A DNA stretch of 64,000 bases from Octopus sinensis (taxonomy: Eukaryota), in assembly GCF_006345805.1 (NCBI RefSeq), contig NC_043013.1, positions 8,742,001-8,806,000 of the forward strand, given 5' to 3'. Numbering within the stretch: position 1 is the first letter of the stretch; every line of letters begins with the position of its first letter. Positions 51,403 through 64,000 of the stretch are shown here, piece after piece. Below the pieces are notes generated by a model. It had not been told where the DNA came from and made no database searches. It saw only the letters and a list, made by a program, of their open reading frames with translations. The position numbers and the translations under genes are program-made.

Positions 51403-51445
<43 letters not shown>

Positions 51446-52034
51446 ATGTGTGTGTGTCGGTGTATTTGTGTGTCTGTGTTTGTCTCTCCACCATCGCTTA
51501 ACAACCAATGTTGGTGTGTCTACACCCTCGTAAATTAGCAGTTCAGCAAAAGAGACCGATAGAATGAGTGCTGGACTTGACTTACAAAGAATAAGTCCCG
51601 GGGTCGATTTGTTTCACTAAAGGTGATGCTCCAGCATGGCCACAGTCAAATGACTGAAACAAATAAAACAACAAAAGAAAGAACATATACAAATACACAC
51701 ACACTTGTGCAAATACATACACACACACACACACATAGACACACACACACACACACTCATGGAAACTAGTATTTTTGGTACTCATTTTCAATTAAGTGGA
51801 AAATCTGGAAACCAAAAGAAGCAGCACAAATGCTAGGACACAAGAAGCTCCTAAGCAGATCGAGTGCAGATATGAACAGCATATGGGAACCGGTATTAAG
51901 GAAGGATAGGAGAATATTAGAGTTATAAGCCCTAAAATTTACTCCATAGTTGCTCATGGGCATATGGCATAGTGGTTAAGAGTGCAGGCTACTAACCCCG
52001 AGATTCCGGGTTTGATTCCAGGCAGTGACTGGAT

Positions 52035-52239
52035 AATGATGATGATGATGATGGTGATGGTGATGATGATGATGATGATGGTGATGATGGTGATAGTGAT
52101 GATGGTGATGATGATGATGGTGATGGTGATGATGATGGTGGTGATGATGATGATGATGGTGGTGATGATGATGGTGATGGTGATGTGGATGATGATGATG
52201 ATGATAGTGGTAGTGGCAGTGGCGGCGGTGATGGTGATA

Positions 52240-52304
<65 letters not shown>

Positions 52305-52361
52305 GATGGTAATAGTGGTGGTGGCGGCGGCGGTGATGGTGATGATGATGATGATGATGAT
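52035..52361. repeat. Expanded interrupted (GAT/GGT/GGC)n tract
   Basis: ~325 bp here versus ~45 bp of (ATC)n at the homologous position ~39453-39495. Confidence 0.9.
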
Positions 52362-52504
52362 TTCGTTGTCGTCATAAATTTCATGACTAGCTGTTCAAGA
52401 AAAATGCTCTCTAAAGAACTAAACTGGAACTTTCGCTTCTAAAGAATTTAACGCTGACTGCAACCGAAATGAATTAAGATTAAATACGGAAGAATTTTGC
52501 TTAC

Positions 52505-53603
52505 CATCGGATATAAGAGTCGCAGAGAATATGGCATTTGATGATAAACCATTCCACCAGTAATTTAATGTTGTTGTTATGGCATGACCAATGAGATGGT
52601 AGGTAGGGTGCCGTAAATTCATTTCATTGACGTGTTTTCTTGAACTGACTTCATTTACATACTCCTTCTTGAGCCAGCTTTGTTGATGAAAAATATCATT
52701 TAATGGCTGAGAGAATGTAGCTGGACCAACAACTGCACAATCAAACTCTCTAACTAAAGTCTTGTCCAATTCTATCAAATAATCATTGCTGATACTTCCC
52801 AATATAACAACGTTATCAATGGAGCAGCTGCTTGCTGGCAGTTTTTCAGCTAAAACAGATTTGGCCTGGTTTTCAATTACTTTTGAAACACCAATAATAT
52901 TTCTGGATGAAATGTGAGAAACAATCTCATTTAATATGCTCATATTTAAACACATGTAATTATTTCCTGCAACTAATAGCAACGTGTCACTTTTGGCAAC
53001 TTTCAACAGAGTTGTCCCATAAAACCCAAAAAGAACAGCGTTTCTTTCCGTCCACCGATGTACTTTTTCCTCTTCTTTCCTTTCTACCTCATCCAAAAAG
53101 ATAATAATTCTACTTCCTTTAAAAGCTTTTTCACAGTCAGATGTAACAAAGACATTCAAATACAGAAGTCCATAAGCCATGTTTTGTATATTTTCAGCGA
53201 TGTATTGCAATTCAGCTGTCTGTGCTGGATCGCAGTCCAGAAGACACAATGAAATTTTCTCTTCACCAAATATTTTCCCTGAGAGTAAACTGTCGACCAA
53301 ACTGAAACAAACTGGGCTACTAGCATTTGTTATGCACACTTTAATGAATTTTTCGTTTCTTATCCTTTCTCTTTCTTCTTCATCAAGTTCGATTTTAGTG
53401 GTTTGATTTTCATAAGCAATGACTTTCATACTTTTGCCGTCCAAATCAATAGTAACGCCATAGTAGCCGTATGCATATTCTTCAAATTCATTCGATCCAC
53501 CAATTAAAACACCTTTTCCACCTCGATCAACCAATTCTCTCCAAATTATTGGTGATTGTTCATGCTTCCAACCATTTGCCTCACATATTTCACAAAGCCA
53601 TTC
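52505..53603 (-). CDS. MDH1B: MDH1B exon 3, inverted frame-intact copy (1099 nt)
   Basis: Part of the 397-aa ORF 52419-53612: [43 protein letters not shown]...[11 protein letters not shown]...ISDG; acceptor and donor retained; no other MDH1B exon found on the minus strand in this window. Confidence 0.9.
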
Positions 53604-54889
53604 CTGAATCACACAAAGTTAAGCAAAAATTAAAACTAACATAAAATTGAATTGAAACATTGATAAAGCATAGGTATTAACTATTATATCATAGCCATTA
53701 ACTATTGCAGAAATTCAATTTCCTCTAGGAAAAATGTTTGTGTACACACAATTATAATCTTTTGAGCAATACGTATAAAATATGCATGCACACGAGCAAG
53801 TGCACAGCTTAAAGGAAACAGTGCACCTAAGATTGCACTGAGCTGCACACCATCATCGAGTGTAGAGACGCAGCAACTGTCATATATATATCTTTTCCCT
53901 TTTGAATCTTTTACTTGTTTCAGTCATCAGACTGCGGCCATGCTGGGGCAGCGCTTTGAAGAATTTTAGTTGAATGAATCGATCCTAGTCTTTATTATTT
54001 TCATTTTAAGCCAGGTACTTATTTCATTGGTCTCCTTTTGCTGAACTGCTAAGATATGGGGACATAGACACCAACACTGGCTGTCAGGTGATGGTGGGGG
54101 CAAACATAGACTCAAAGACATGCACACATGCACACACACACACACACACATATACTCATACAGAGGCAAGGACTGAGACCATTTGGCATTATGCTGTGCT
54201 TTGGGTGTTGGGCTTTTGTCATTATGCCAAGCTTGAGAAGAAGACCCACCAAGCCAAGTAAAACCACAGGCGTGGTAGATACTGGTGTCACACAAACTGC
54301 ACCAGTGTCAGTAGAACGTATAAAGCACCCATTACACTCTTAGAGTGGTTGGCATTAGGAAGGGCATCCAGCCATAGAAACCATGCCAAAACAGACTGGA
54401 GTCTGGTGTAGCCTTCCATCTTACTAGCTCTGGTTGAACCGTCCAGCCCATTCCAGCATGGATAATGGATGTTAAATGATGATGGTGATGATGATGATGA
54501 TGATATGCTAAGACTCCCTTCGGTCATGACTGACCATGGGATTGCACCTAGAAAGTTACCCTCTGAGGCACAAGTCTGCGCAAGGTTGTTTATGGAAAAC
54601 CAGCAGTCGCTCATGCATACCGGCCTCCCCTCTGCATGCCACCAGTGTTATCCAAAGGAAAGGCAAAGGCCGATACAGCTTGGCATCAGTGACATTGTAA
54701 ATCATTTCTACAGTTGAGTGAACTGGAGCAACATGAAATAAAGTGTCTTGCTCAAGAACACAACATGCAGCCCGGTCCAGGATTCAAACTCACAACCTCA
54801 CAATCGTAAGATCAACGCTCTAACCACTGAACCATATGCATTCACAGATGATAATGATAATGATGATGATGATATATATATATATATAG

Positions 54890-56832
54890 TTGTGTGCAAA
54901 AGTGCTACACCCTAGCAGTGGAGGGAACCTGTGGAAGAGGTAGACCCAGGAAAACCTGGGACGAGGTGGTGAAGCACGACCTTCGAACTTTAGGTCTCAC
55001 TAAGGAAATGTCTAGAGACCGAGACCTATGGAAGTATGCTGTGCATGAGAAGACCCGGCAAGACTAGTCAGGCCATAACCCGTGGCCCCGACCTGGGACG
55101 TAGTCAGTCCTGTGCATACCTTCCTTCTTGTGACACTTATGAAGACCTGTTGAGGCAAGTGAAAATCAAATCTAATCAAATCAAAACAAATCAAAATAGA
55201 TGAACATCAGTGGAATTGTATTCTTTGTGGTACCAGTGCCGGTGGCACACAAGAAAACCACCCAAACGTGGCCGTAACCAGTACCGCATCGACTGGCCTC
55301 CGTGCTGTGGGCACAACAAACACCATCCGATCGTGGCCGTTCGCCAGCCTCATCTGGCACCTGTGCCGGTGGCACATAAAGACACCATCCGAAGACCCGG
55401 CGACGTAGTCAGTCCACCTATGCATACCTTCCCTCTTATGACACTTGTGAAGACCTGTTGAGGCAAGTGTGGGACACTTGTGAAGACCTGTTGAGGCAGA
55501 GGCAAGTGTGTGACACTTGTGGAGACCTGTTGAGGCAAGTGTGTGACCCTTGTGAAGACCTGTTGAGGCAAGTGAAAATCAAATCAAACCAAATCAAAAT
55601 AGATGAATATCAATGGAATTTGTATCTTTGTGGTTCCAGTACCGGTGGCACACAAGAAAACCATCCGAGCGTGGCCGTAGCTGGTACCGCATCGACTGGC
55701 CTCCGTGCTGTGGGCACAACAAACACCATCTGATCGTGGCCGTTCGCCAGCCTCACCTGGCACCTGTGTCGGTGGCACATAAAAACACCATCCAAAGACC
55801 CGGTGACGTAGTCAGTCCACCTGTGCATACCTTCCCTCTTACGACACTTGTGAAGACCTGTTGAGGCAGAGGCAAGTGTGTGACACTTTGTGAAGACCTG
55901 TTGAGGCAGAGGCAAGTGTGTAACACTTGTGGAGACCTGTTGAGGCAAGTGTGTGACACGCGTGACACTTGTGAAGACCTGTTGAGGCAAGTGAAAATCA
56001 AACCAAATCAAAATAGATGAACATCAATGGAATTTGTATCTTTGTGGTTCCAGTACCGGTGGCACACAAGAAAACCATCCGATCATGGCCGTTCGCCAGC
56101 CACATCTGGCACCTGTGTCGGTGGCACATAAAGACACCATCCGAAGACCCGGCGACGTAGACAGTCCACCTGTGCATACCTTCCTTCTTGTGACACTTGT
56201 GAAGACCTGTTGAGGCAAGTGAAAATCAAATCAAATCAAATCAAATCAAGTCAAAACAAATCAAAATAGATGAACATAAATGGAATTTGTATCTTTGTGG
56301 TACCAGTGCCGGTGGCACACAAGAAAATCATCCGAACGTGGCCGTAGCCAGTACCGCATAGACTGGCCTCCGTGCTTTGGGGACGTAACAAACACCATCC
56401 GATCGTGGCCGTCCGCCAGCCTCATCTGGCACCTGTGTCGGTGGCACATAAAAACACCATCCGAGCGTGGCCGTCTGCCAGCCTCGTCTGGCACCTGCCA
56501 GCCTCATCTGGCACCTGTGTCGGTGGCACATAAAAACACCATCCGAGCGTGGCCGTCTGCCAGCCTCGTCTGGCACCTGTGTCGGTGGCACATAAAAACA
56601 CCATCCGAGCGTGGCCGTTCGCCAGCCTCGTCTGGCACCTGTGTCGGTGGCACATAAAATCACCCACTACACTCTCGGAGTGGTTGGCGTTAGGAAGGGC
56701 ATCCAGCTGTAGAAACACTGCCAGATCTGACTGGCCTGGTGCAGCCTTCGGGCTCCCCAGACCCCAGTTGAACCGTCCAACCCATGCTAGCATGGAAAGC
56801 GGACGCTAAATGATGATGATGATGATGATGAT
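54890..56832 (+). mobile_element. RTE LINE 3' end with a 3' UTR amplified into nested tandem modules
   Basis: Begins with the ORF end (EGTCGRGRPRKTWDEVVKHDL); ~310-405-bp modules restart near 55090, 55401, 55805 and 56155, each with variable numbers of ~30-bp GACACTTGTGAAGACCTGTTGAGGCA units; ~61-bp units near 56400-56650; (GAT)n tail. Confidence 0.88.
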
Positions 56833-57085
56833 ATAAATATGTGTTTGTTTGTGTGTACTCCCCAAATTGCATGCATAAAATTTATGCAAACTACAAGAAC
56901 TATAGACCCACCCGGCATCCCGATTGACGACATCCCACCCAAAAAACCCCCCCAACCCCACCGTTCCCCCAGCACCCCCGATTAACTTTCCTCCTAAGAC
57001 TATTCACAGATTGTATATGTACACTTGTATATATGTATTGTATATATGGATAGAAATGAATGGGTGTAAGTAGGAATATACGCAT

Positions 57086-57225
57086 GTGTGTGAGTGCGTG
57101 TATATGTATGTGTATATGTGTATGTACATGTGTATGTGTGTATGCGTGGGTTTTTTTTATACACTTATATATATGTATATATATATGAGTATGTGTGTAT
57201 GTGTGTGGTTTTTTATATACTTATA

Positions 57226-57274
<49 letters not shown>

Positions 57275-57443
57275 GTATGTGTATATGTATATGTATGTAT
57301 ATGTGTATGTATGTGTATGTGTATGTATGTATATGTATGTATATATGTGTATATATATGTGTGTATGTATGTGTGTGTATATATGTATGTGTATATATAT
57401 ATGTGTAGATATATATATATATATGTGTGTATATATATATATG

Positions 57444-57487
<44 letters not shown>

Positions 57488-58400
57488 GTATGTGTATATG
57501 TATATGTATGTATATGTGTATGTATGTGTATGTGTATGTATGTATATGTATGTATATATGTGTATATATATGTGTGTATGTATGTGTGTGTATATATGTA
57601 TGTGTATATATATATGTGTAGATATATATATATATATGTGTGTATATATATATATGTATATATATATATATGTGTATGCTCGTGTGTTTAAGTATATGTA
57701 AGTATGTAAAGTTGTGTGTATGTGCATGTATATATGTATATATACATATGTGTAGATAGGTATATGCATGTATGCTTATATGTATGTTTCCGTCTGTACA
57801 AAGGGTAACTGCATGTGTATATATATCTATTATTTATTATTCATTATTTATTACATGAGTATGCGTTTGTATGCATGTATGTATTTATGTATATAAGGAG
57901 GCGCGTGAGTGTGTGTATGTGTATGCATTCGTATAGACATATGTATACATTTATGCATGTATGTGCTTGTGTGTATGTATGTGTGTATATGTATGTATAT
58001 ATGCACACATGTATATATATATGTATATATATATATATATATGTATGTGTATATATATATATATGTGTGTATGAGTATGTGTATATATATGCGTGTAAAA
58101 ATGTGTGTGTAAATGTATGTATATATGTGTGTGTATGTATGTGTGTGTATATGTGTATGTGTGTATATATGTATGTGTATATGGATATATATATATATAT
58201 ATATATATGTGTATGTATGTGTGTGTATGTATATATATATATATATATATATGTACGCTTGTGTGTTTATGTATATGTAGGTATGTAGAGTTATGTGTGT
58301 ATGTATTTATGTACATATACATATGTGTAAATAGGTATATATGGGTATGTTTATATGTATGTATCCGTATGTATAATGGGTAACTGCAAGTATATATATA

Positions 58401-58452
<52 letters not shown>

Positions 58453-58640
58453 TTGAGTATGCATGTATGTATATATGTATATGCCTGTATGCATGTATGT
58501 ATTTATGAACATAAGGAGGCGCGTGTGTGTGTGGATGTGCATGCATATGTATAGATATGTGTATACATTAATGCATGTATGTACTTATGTGTATATATAG
58601 ATGTGCGTGTGTGTGTGTGTGTATGTGTACGCATATGTAT

Positions 58641-58674
<34 letters not shown>

Positions 58675-58681
58675 GTGTGTG

Positions 58682-58712
<31 letters not shown>

Positions 58713-59374
58713 ATGTGTATATATGTATGAATGTATATGTGTATGTATATGTACATGTATATGTATGTATATATATATATGTATATGTGTATGTATATGT
58801 ATGTATGTGTATGTATGTGTATATGTGTATATATATATTAATTAGTGTATATGTAGGGACTAGTCTTATGTGAGTGTTTTGAGGTATGTATGTGTATGCG
58901 TGTATGTGAATATACATGAATGTATGCGTGTGCGTATGTGTATGTGTGTACGTCTGAGTGTGTGGGCGTGAGTGAGTGAGTGCTTGCGTTTGTATAAGTA
59001 AGTAGATAGATAAACGGAATCTTAAGCTCATCCCTTGAGACCGGCTGACCTCGGCCAAGATAAAAATAAAAATAAAAATAAAGATATAAACAAATGTAGT
59101 AATAATAAAATTAAAATAAGAGAATAAAAATGTGTGTGTATGTGTGTGCATGTATATGCATTTGTATAGGTGCGTGTGAGTATACATATGTGTATGTATA
59201 TGTATGTATATGTGTATCTGTGTGTACGTTCATGGGTATGTGTATGTATATGTATATATATGTATGTATATATATGTATATGTATGTGTATGTATGTGTA
59301 TATATATATGTATGTATATGTGGGTATGTATGTATATGTACAGATATATGTGAATATGTGGGTGTATATATGTG

Positions 59375-59416
<42 letters not shown>

Positions 59417-59420
59417 GATA
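57086..59420. repeat. 2.3-kb compound (TG)/(TA)/(TATG)n low-complexity block
   Basis: Visible composition; ~213-bp internal tandem duplication (57261/57474) and a diverged ~575-bp repeat (57801/58378). Confidence 0.9.
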
Positions 59421-59827
59421 TGTACAAGTGAGAGTCTCCTTACTTACCTAAAACTCTATTTTTCTATTTATTTTTTTATTCTTTTATTTTATTTTATTTA
59501 TTCTTTTATCTACTTTACCACCGATTCCTTTGACCACTCCCCTAATAATGACAGTTTTGCGCCATGCCTACCCCCAAAAAAGTCCCCCACCACCACCCAT
59601 TTAAACCTGCCTAAATGTATAAATGCCAAAACAACTCTTGTCTACTAGCTTCCTGATGATTTCTTTTGAATGAAACAGTTCTAGTCCTGTAGAAGCTCCT
59701 TCTATATAATAAATTAATTTACTCTGCTATGTATTGAGTACCTTATTTACTGTGGTTAACCCCGACTCAACCCGGGACCTACATATATATATATATATAT
59801 CTATATATATATTAATATGTGTGTGTT

Positions 59828-59883
<56 letters not shown>

Positions 59884-60465
59884 TATTGGCCTGCTTGCTT
59901 AGCCAGCGGGGTGGCGTCACTTGAAGGCTAAAACCATGCGAAGCGCATTGTGACCAGCGATGTGTAGCAAAATCTGATAGCCTGGTCAGTCACGGTGATC
60001 ACGGTGATATATTAATATGGTTAGTCCACAAAACTCAGTAAGGAGCACAGAACCAGTTTTCCAGTTTGTCTGGTCTGCAACATCCAAAAGTGGTCAATGC
60101 CAGAGCTCTCTGGTTGGCTCCCATGCTGGTGGCATGTAAAAAGCACCATCCAACATGGTCGATGCCAGGTCCACCTGACTGGCTCCTGACATGCTGGTGG
60201 CATGTAAAAAACATCCACTCACTCTCAGAGTGATTGGCATTAGGAAGGACATCAGCTGTAGAAACATTGCAAAATCAGATCGGAGCCTGGTGCAGCCAAT
60301 GGCTTCCCAGACATCAGTCAAACCATCTAACCCATGCCAGCATGGAAAACAGACGTTAAACGATGATGATGATGATGACGATGATGATGATGATGATATA
60401 TTCCTTACTGGATTACTCAATTTTGCCAGCTGAGTGGACTGGGGCAACGTGAAATAAAGTGATTT

Positions 60466-61063
60466 GTAAAATACTCCAATGCGACCGTACGACAGGCACC
60501 CATGCCAACCCCCTTTGCTTGTGAAGACATGTTGGGGCAAGCGAAATCGAAATCGAATTGAACCAGCCAGGATCCCTGGTCTGGTGGTACGTAAAAAGCA
60601 CTATCCGACTCGTGGCCGTGGCACGTAAAATACTCCAATGCGACCGTACGACAGGCACCCATGCCAACCCCCTTTGCTTGTGAAGACATGTTGGGGCAAG
60701 CGAAATCGAAATCGAATTGAACCAGCCAGGATCCCTGGTCTGGTGGTACGTAAAAAGCACTATCCGACTCGTGGCCGATGCCAGCACCGCCTCGACTGGC
60801 TTCCGTGCCGGTGGCACATAAAATACACCAATCTGACCGTGGCCGTTGCCAGCCTCGCCTGGCATCTGTGCAGGTGGCACGTAAAAAGTACCCACTACAC
60901 TCACGGAGTGGTTGGCGTTAGGAAGGGCATCCAGCTGTAGAAACATTGCCAGATTAGACTGGAGCCTGGTGCAGCCTTCTGGCTTCCCAGAACCCCGGTC
61001 GAACCGTCCAACCCATGCTAGCATGGAGAACGGACGTTAAACGATGATGATGATGATGATGAT
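60466..61063 (+). mobile_element. 5'-truncated RTE 3' UTR copy, same subfamily as 12993-16910
   Basis: Near-identical reverse complement of ~12995-13590 with the same 159-bp repeat; interrupts another repeat (GTGAAATAAAGTGATTTG | TCTCAAAGAATACAATG). Confidence 0.9.
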
Positions 61064-62831
61064 GTCTCAAAGAATACAATGCATTGTCCGATCCATGAAT
61101 GAAAGCCATGAACTCATGATCAGAACTCCAACACCCTAACCACTAAGCCATGCACCTCCACTACACACACACACACATATTATAAGGTGAGCTGGCAGAA
61201 TCATTAGCACGCCAGACAAAATGCATAGCGGTATTTTGTCTGTCTTTATGTTCTGAGTTCAAATTCCACCGAGATCGACTTTGCCTTTCATCCTTTTGGG
61301 GGGTTGACTGAATAAATACCCGTTATGTACTAGGGTTGATGTAATCAACATAATTCCTTTGTCTGGTCATGTCGGTCCCCTCTATGTTTAGACCCCTGTG
61401 GGTAATAAATATATATATATAGTTATCTGTATGCCCCCCCACACACACATATGCATACATACATATATAAAACAAAAAGGGAAGCACCCACTACACTCTC
61501 GGAGTGGTTGGCGTTAGGAAGGGCATCCAGCTGTAGAAACTCTGCCAGATCAAGATTGGAGCCTGGTGCAGCCATCTGGTTCGCCAGCCCTCAGTCAAAA
61601 TCATCCAACCCATGCTAGCATGGAAAGCGGACGACCAAAGCCTTGTGAGTGGATTTGGTAGATGGAAACTGAAAGAAGCCTGTCATATAATTACATTTAT
61701 ATATATGCGTGTGTGTGTTTGTCCCCCCAGCATTGCTTGACAACTGATGCTGGTGTGTTTATGTCCCCATTACTTGGCGGTTCGGCAAAAGAGACCGATA
61801 GAATAAGTACTGGGCTTACGAAAGAATAAGTCCCGGGGTCGATTTGCTCGATTAAAGGCAGTGCTCCAGCATGGCCGCAGTCAAATGACTGAAACAAGTA
61901 AAAGAGTAAAAGAGTAAAAGAGTACCCCTACAAACAGGGTAAATGTATCTATTACTCCATTGATTGGATAAATGGTGAACAACTTTAACCCTCTAGCATT
62001 CAGATTACTTATTTAATACTTATTTATTCACATTTCAGAAAGGTTTAAATTCAGGATATACAAGATCCAAATTTTGAATGAAGTGCAAAAGTTCGTATTA
62101 CCATAACAAATACTTCTGCAGGTTACAGAGAAATTTATAGAGAGTGAAAAAAGGCTTCTTCTAAGCAAACAACTCTATATTTGGTTTTTAAACAGAAATC
62201 TACAAGTCCGTCTACGAGTGCTTGTGAATTGGCGATTGGGTCTACAAGTGATGGTGTGCGCGAGTCAAGTGCGAGTAAAAGTTAATATTAATGCGAATTA
62301 ATATTCGTTTCAAATTTTAGCACAAGGCCAGTAATTTATGATGAGTGATTAAGTCGAATACATCGACCTCAGTACATGACTGGTACTTATTTTATCGACC
62401 CTGAAAGGAATAAAAGGCAAAGTCGACCTTGGCGAAATTTGAACTCAGAACGTAAAAACGAACGAAATGCCGCTAAGCATTTCGTCCGGCGTGCTAACGA
62501 TTTTGTTAGCTCGCCCGCCTTTAAATATACGCCGGATAAAATCATTAACAGTATTTCGTCTGTCTTTATGTTCCAAGTTCAGATTCCACCGAGGATGACT
62601 TTGCTTTTCATCCCTTCGGGGTCGCTAAAATAAGTACCAGTTGAGTACTGGAGTCAGTGTAATAGACTTAACTACTCCATCGAAATGCTGGCCTTGTACG
62701 AAAATCTGAAACCAAAATTTATATATTTAAACGCGGCAAGCAGGTAAAATCGTTATGGCGCCGGGGAAAATGCTTAGCGACGTTTCTTCCGACTTTGCGT
62801 TCTGAGTTCAAAGACCGTCGGGGTCGGCTTT

Positions 62832-62931
62832 NNNNNNNNNNNNNNNNNNNNNNNNNNNNNNNNNNNNNNNNNNNNNNNNNNNNNNNNNNNNNNNNNNNNN
62901 NNNNNNNNNNNNNNNNNNNNNNNNNNNNNNN
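62832..62931. other. Assembly gap (100 N)
   Basis: Run of N. Confidence 1.
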
Positions 62932-64000
62932 CAGTCAGAGTAGAGCACAATAGTCCAGGAAAACTTTACAGTCCTCATTATCTGTGAGACGAGGGCGCTT
63001 TGCATCTGAACCAAAGAAGTTCACATTGATTGTTCCCCCAAATATTGGAGCCGAGAAAATGGAGTGCAATGAACCAAAGCAAGTGACAGCGTTCCGAGAT
63101 TGACTCGACGTAATGTTGACGGTGAAGGGGAGTTCACTTACACTCGCTGCTGCTGTGTGTGACGGAGGTAGAAGCGAACCAGGCTGGTCGTTGTTGCTAC
63201 TACCATAATACCCTTCTAATTCTTAACACCTTTCAACATAATCTGGGTGTAATTTTCATTCCATCAGCACAAGTGGGGTTACCATGTTTCTTACAAGATT
63301 ATAAACACCAAGGTGGAGCAAGTTTAAGAGAGGAGAAGGAGTAGAAAGGAGTAAAGTATGAGAGAAAAGGGTCGGAGCAGCAGGAGTTTGCTGTTATAAA
63401 GGAGTAAGATGACCTTTTGTATTTTAGAAGAGAGGATGGAGGTGATCAGGTGGAGCAGGAGAGTTAAAAAAAAGATAGGTGTGATGAGGTGTCAGGGTGA
63501 ACATTGACGGTACGACGTGGGTAGGGTGAGTGGGGAGTAGGGGATATCTTTTAATGCAGAACCACAGAAAAGAAATGGTGATACTGTAAAAAGGAGAAGG
63601 AAGAGTGAGAGAGATGACACGCTGTTGGGTAGGTTGGAGGAGTGGATGGGGGAGAGAAAGAGGAATGCACAGTGTATGGGAAAAGGGAGTGGTGTGGTGG
63701 GTGAGGGGAGATAAATTGGCGGTACGGAAGGGTTGGGGATGGGGCGAGGATTGAGAGTATGGGTGGAGAGAACAGTAATGAAGGATGAAGGGTGGATAAA
63801 TTGTGAAATGATTCTGGGTAGACAAACAGTGGTATGAAAAAAAAACTGGTGTTAGGGAGGTTATGGGTGGTGGTGAGTGTCTTGAAAAGGAGGGAAACTG
63901 GGTGAAGCATCCAGTTGTGCATATCGCCAGTCATCTTGATACCATGTAATCTCCTCCATGTTGTCCAAGATTCTGAGATCAACATTCAGTCTCTTCCATG

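Larger units (their letters stand above)
46141..51425 (+). repeat. 2.64-kb direct tandem duplication (46141-48781 / 48782-51425) containing the MDH1B terminal exon
   Basis: Offset 2641-2643 throughout; only a handful of differences seen; the junction lies in the (TG)n tract of a chimeric family-A SINE. Confidence 0.95.
51068..53791 (-). repeat. Inverted duplicate of 38026-40511 (MDH1B exon 3 plus flanking intron)
   Basis: Continuous reverse-complement homology including the intron flanks, the tRNA-like SINE head, the family-A SINE and the RTE tail. Confidence 0.95.

Noticed and set aside
51960-52035. tRNA-like sequence with A and B boxes (mirror at ~39495-39570)
   Set aside because: Poor acceptor-stem pairing and a direct (GAT)n tail indicate a SINE head, not a tRNA gene.
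52505-53603. Four of six exon differences are A (in-line) to G (inverted), suggesting a retrocopy of A-to-I edited RNA
   Set aside because: The copy includes intron flanks with G-to-A and other changes in both directions; small numbers and ordinary transition bias explain it.
59030-59062. CTCGGCCAAGAT, loosely resembling the U2 snRNA 5' end
   Set aside because: The match is too short and nothing else of U2 is present.
62932-64000. Purine-rich post-gap region with minus-strand ORFs of 133-144 aa
   Set aside because: It may be a decayed LINE, but I could not identify RT or endonuclease motifs, so no call is made.

Overview
AT-rich, microsatellite-dense animal genomic DNA. The SINE, RTE, Helitron and microsatellite content suggests a coleoid cephalopod, most likely Octopus (inference). 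One host gene can be reconstructed: a six-exon MDH1B (putative malate dehydrogenase 1B) on the + strand, with coding exons 28249-28270, 34199-34311, 38214-39309, 42418-42548, 44437-44611 and 47369-47592. All introns are GT-AG with compatible phases, the predicted protein is 587 aa, and a consensus RFX X-box lies just upstream of the ATG. The 3' half of the gene carries layered rearrangements: an inverted ~2.5-2.7 kb duplicate holding the only frame-intact copy of the 1.1-kb exon 3 (51068-53791), a near-perfect 2.64-kb tandem duplication containing the last exon, and a 339-bp inverted templated insertion. The rest is mostly transposon-derived. It includes a near full-length RTE LINE, many RTE 3' ends (one amplified into a satellite-like array), a 2.4-kb palindromic Penelope-like insertion with a GIY-YIG domain and a type I hammerhead ribozyme in each arm, two further degenerate hammerhead motifs, R4/Dong-like LINE ends in (TAA)n, mariner and DD37D Tc1/mariner relics, non-autonomous Helitrons, hAT and foldback MITEs, and tRNA-derived SINEs. 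A 100-N gap lies at 62832-62931. Most short ORFs in the track are microsatellite artefacts. Many 1-bp indels in homopolymers suggest imperfect long-read polishing, which limits conclusions about pseudogenisation.
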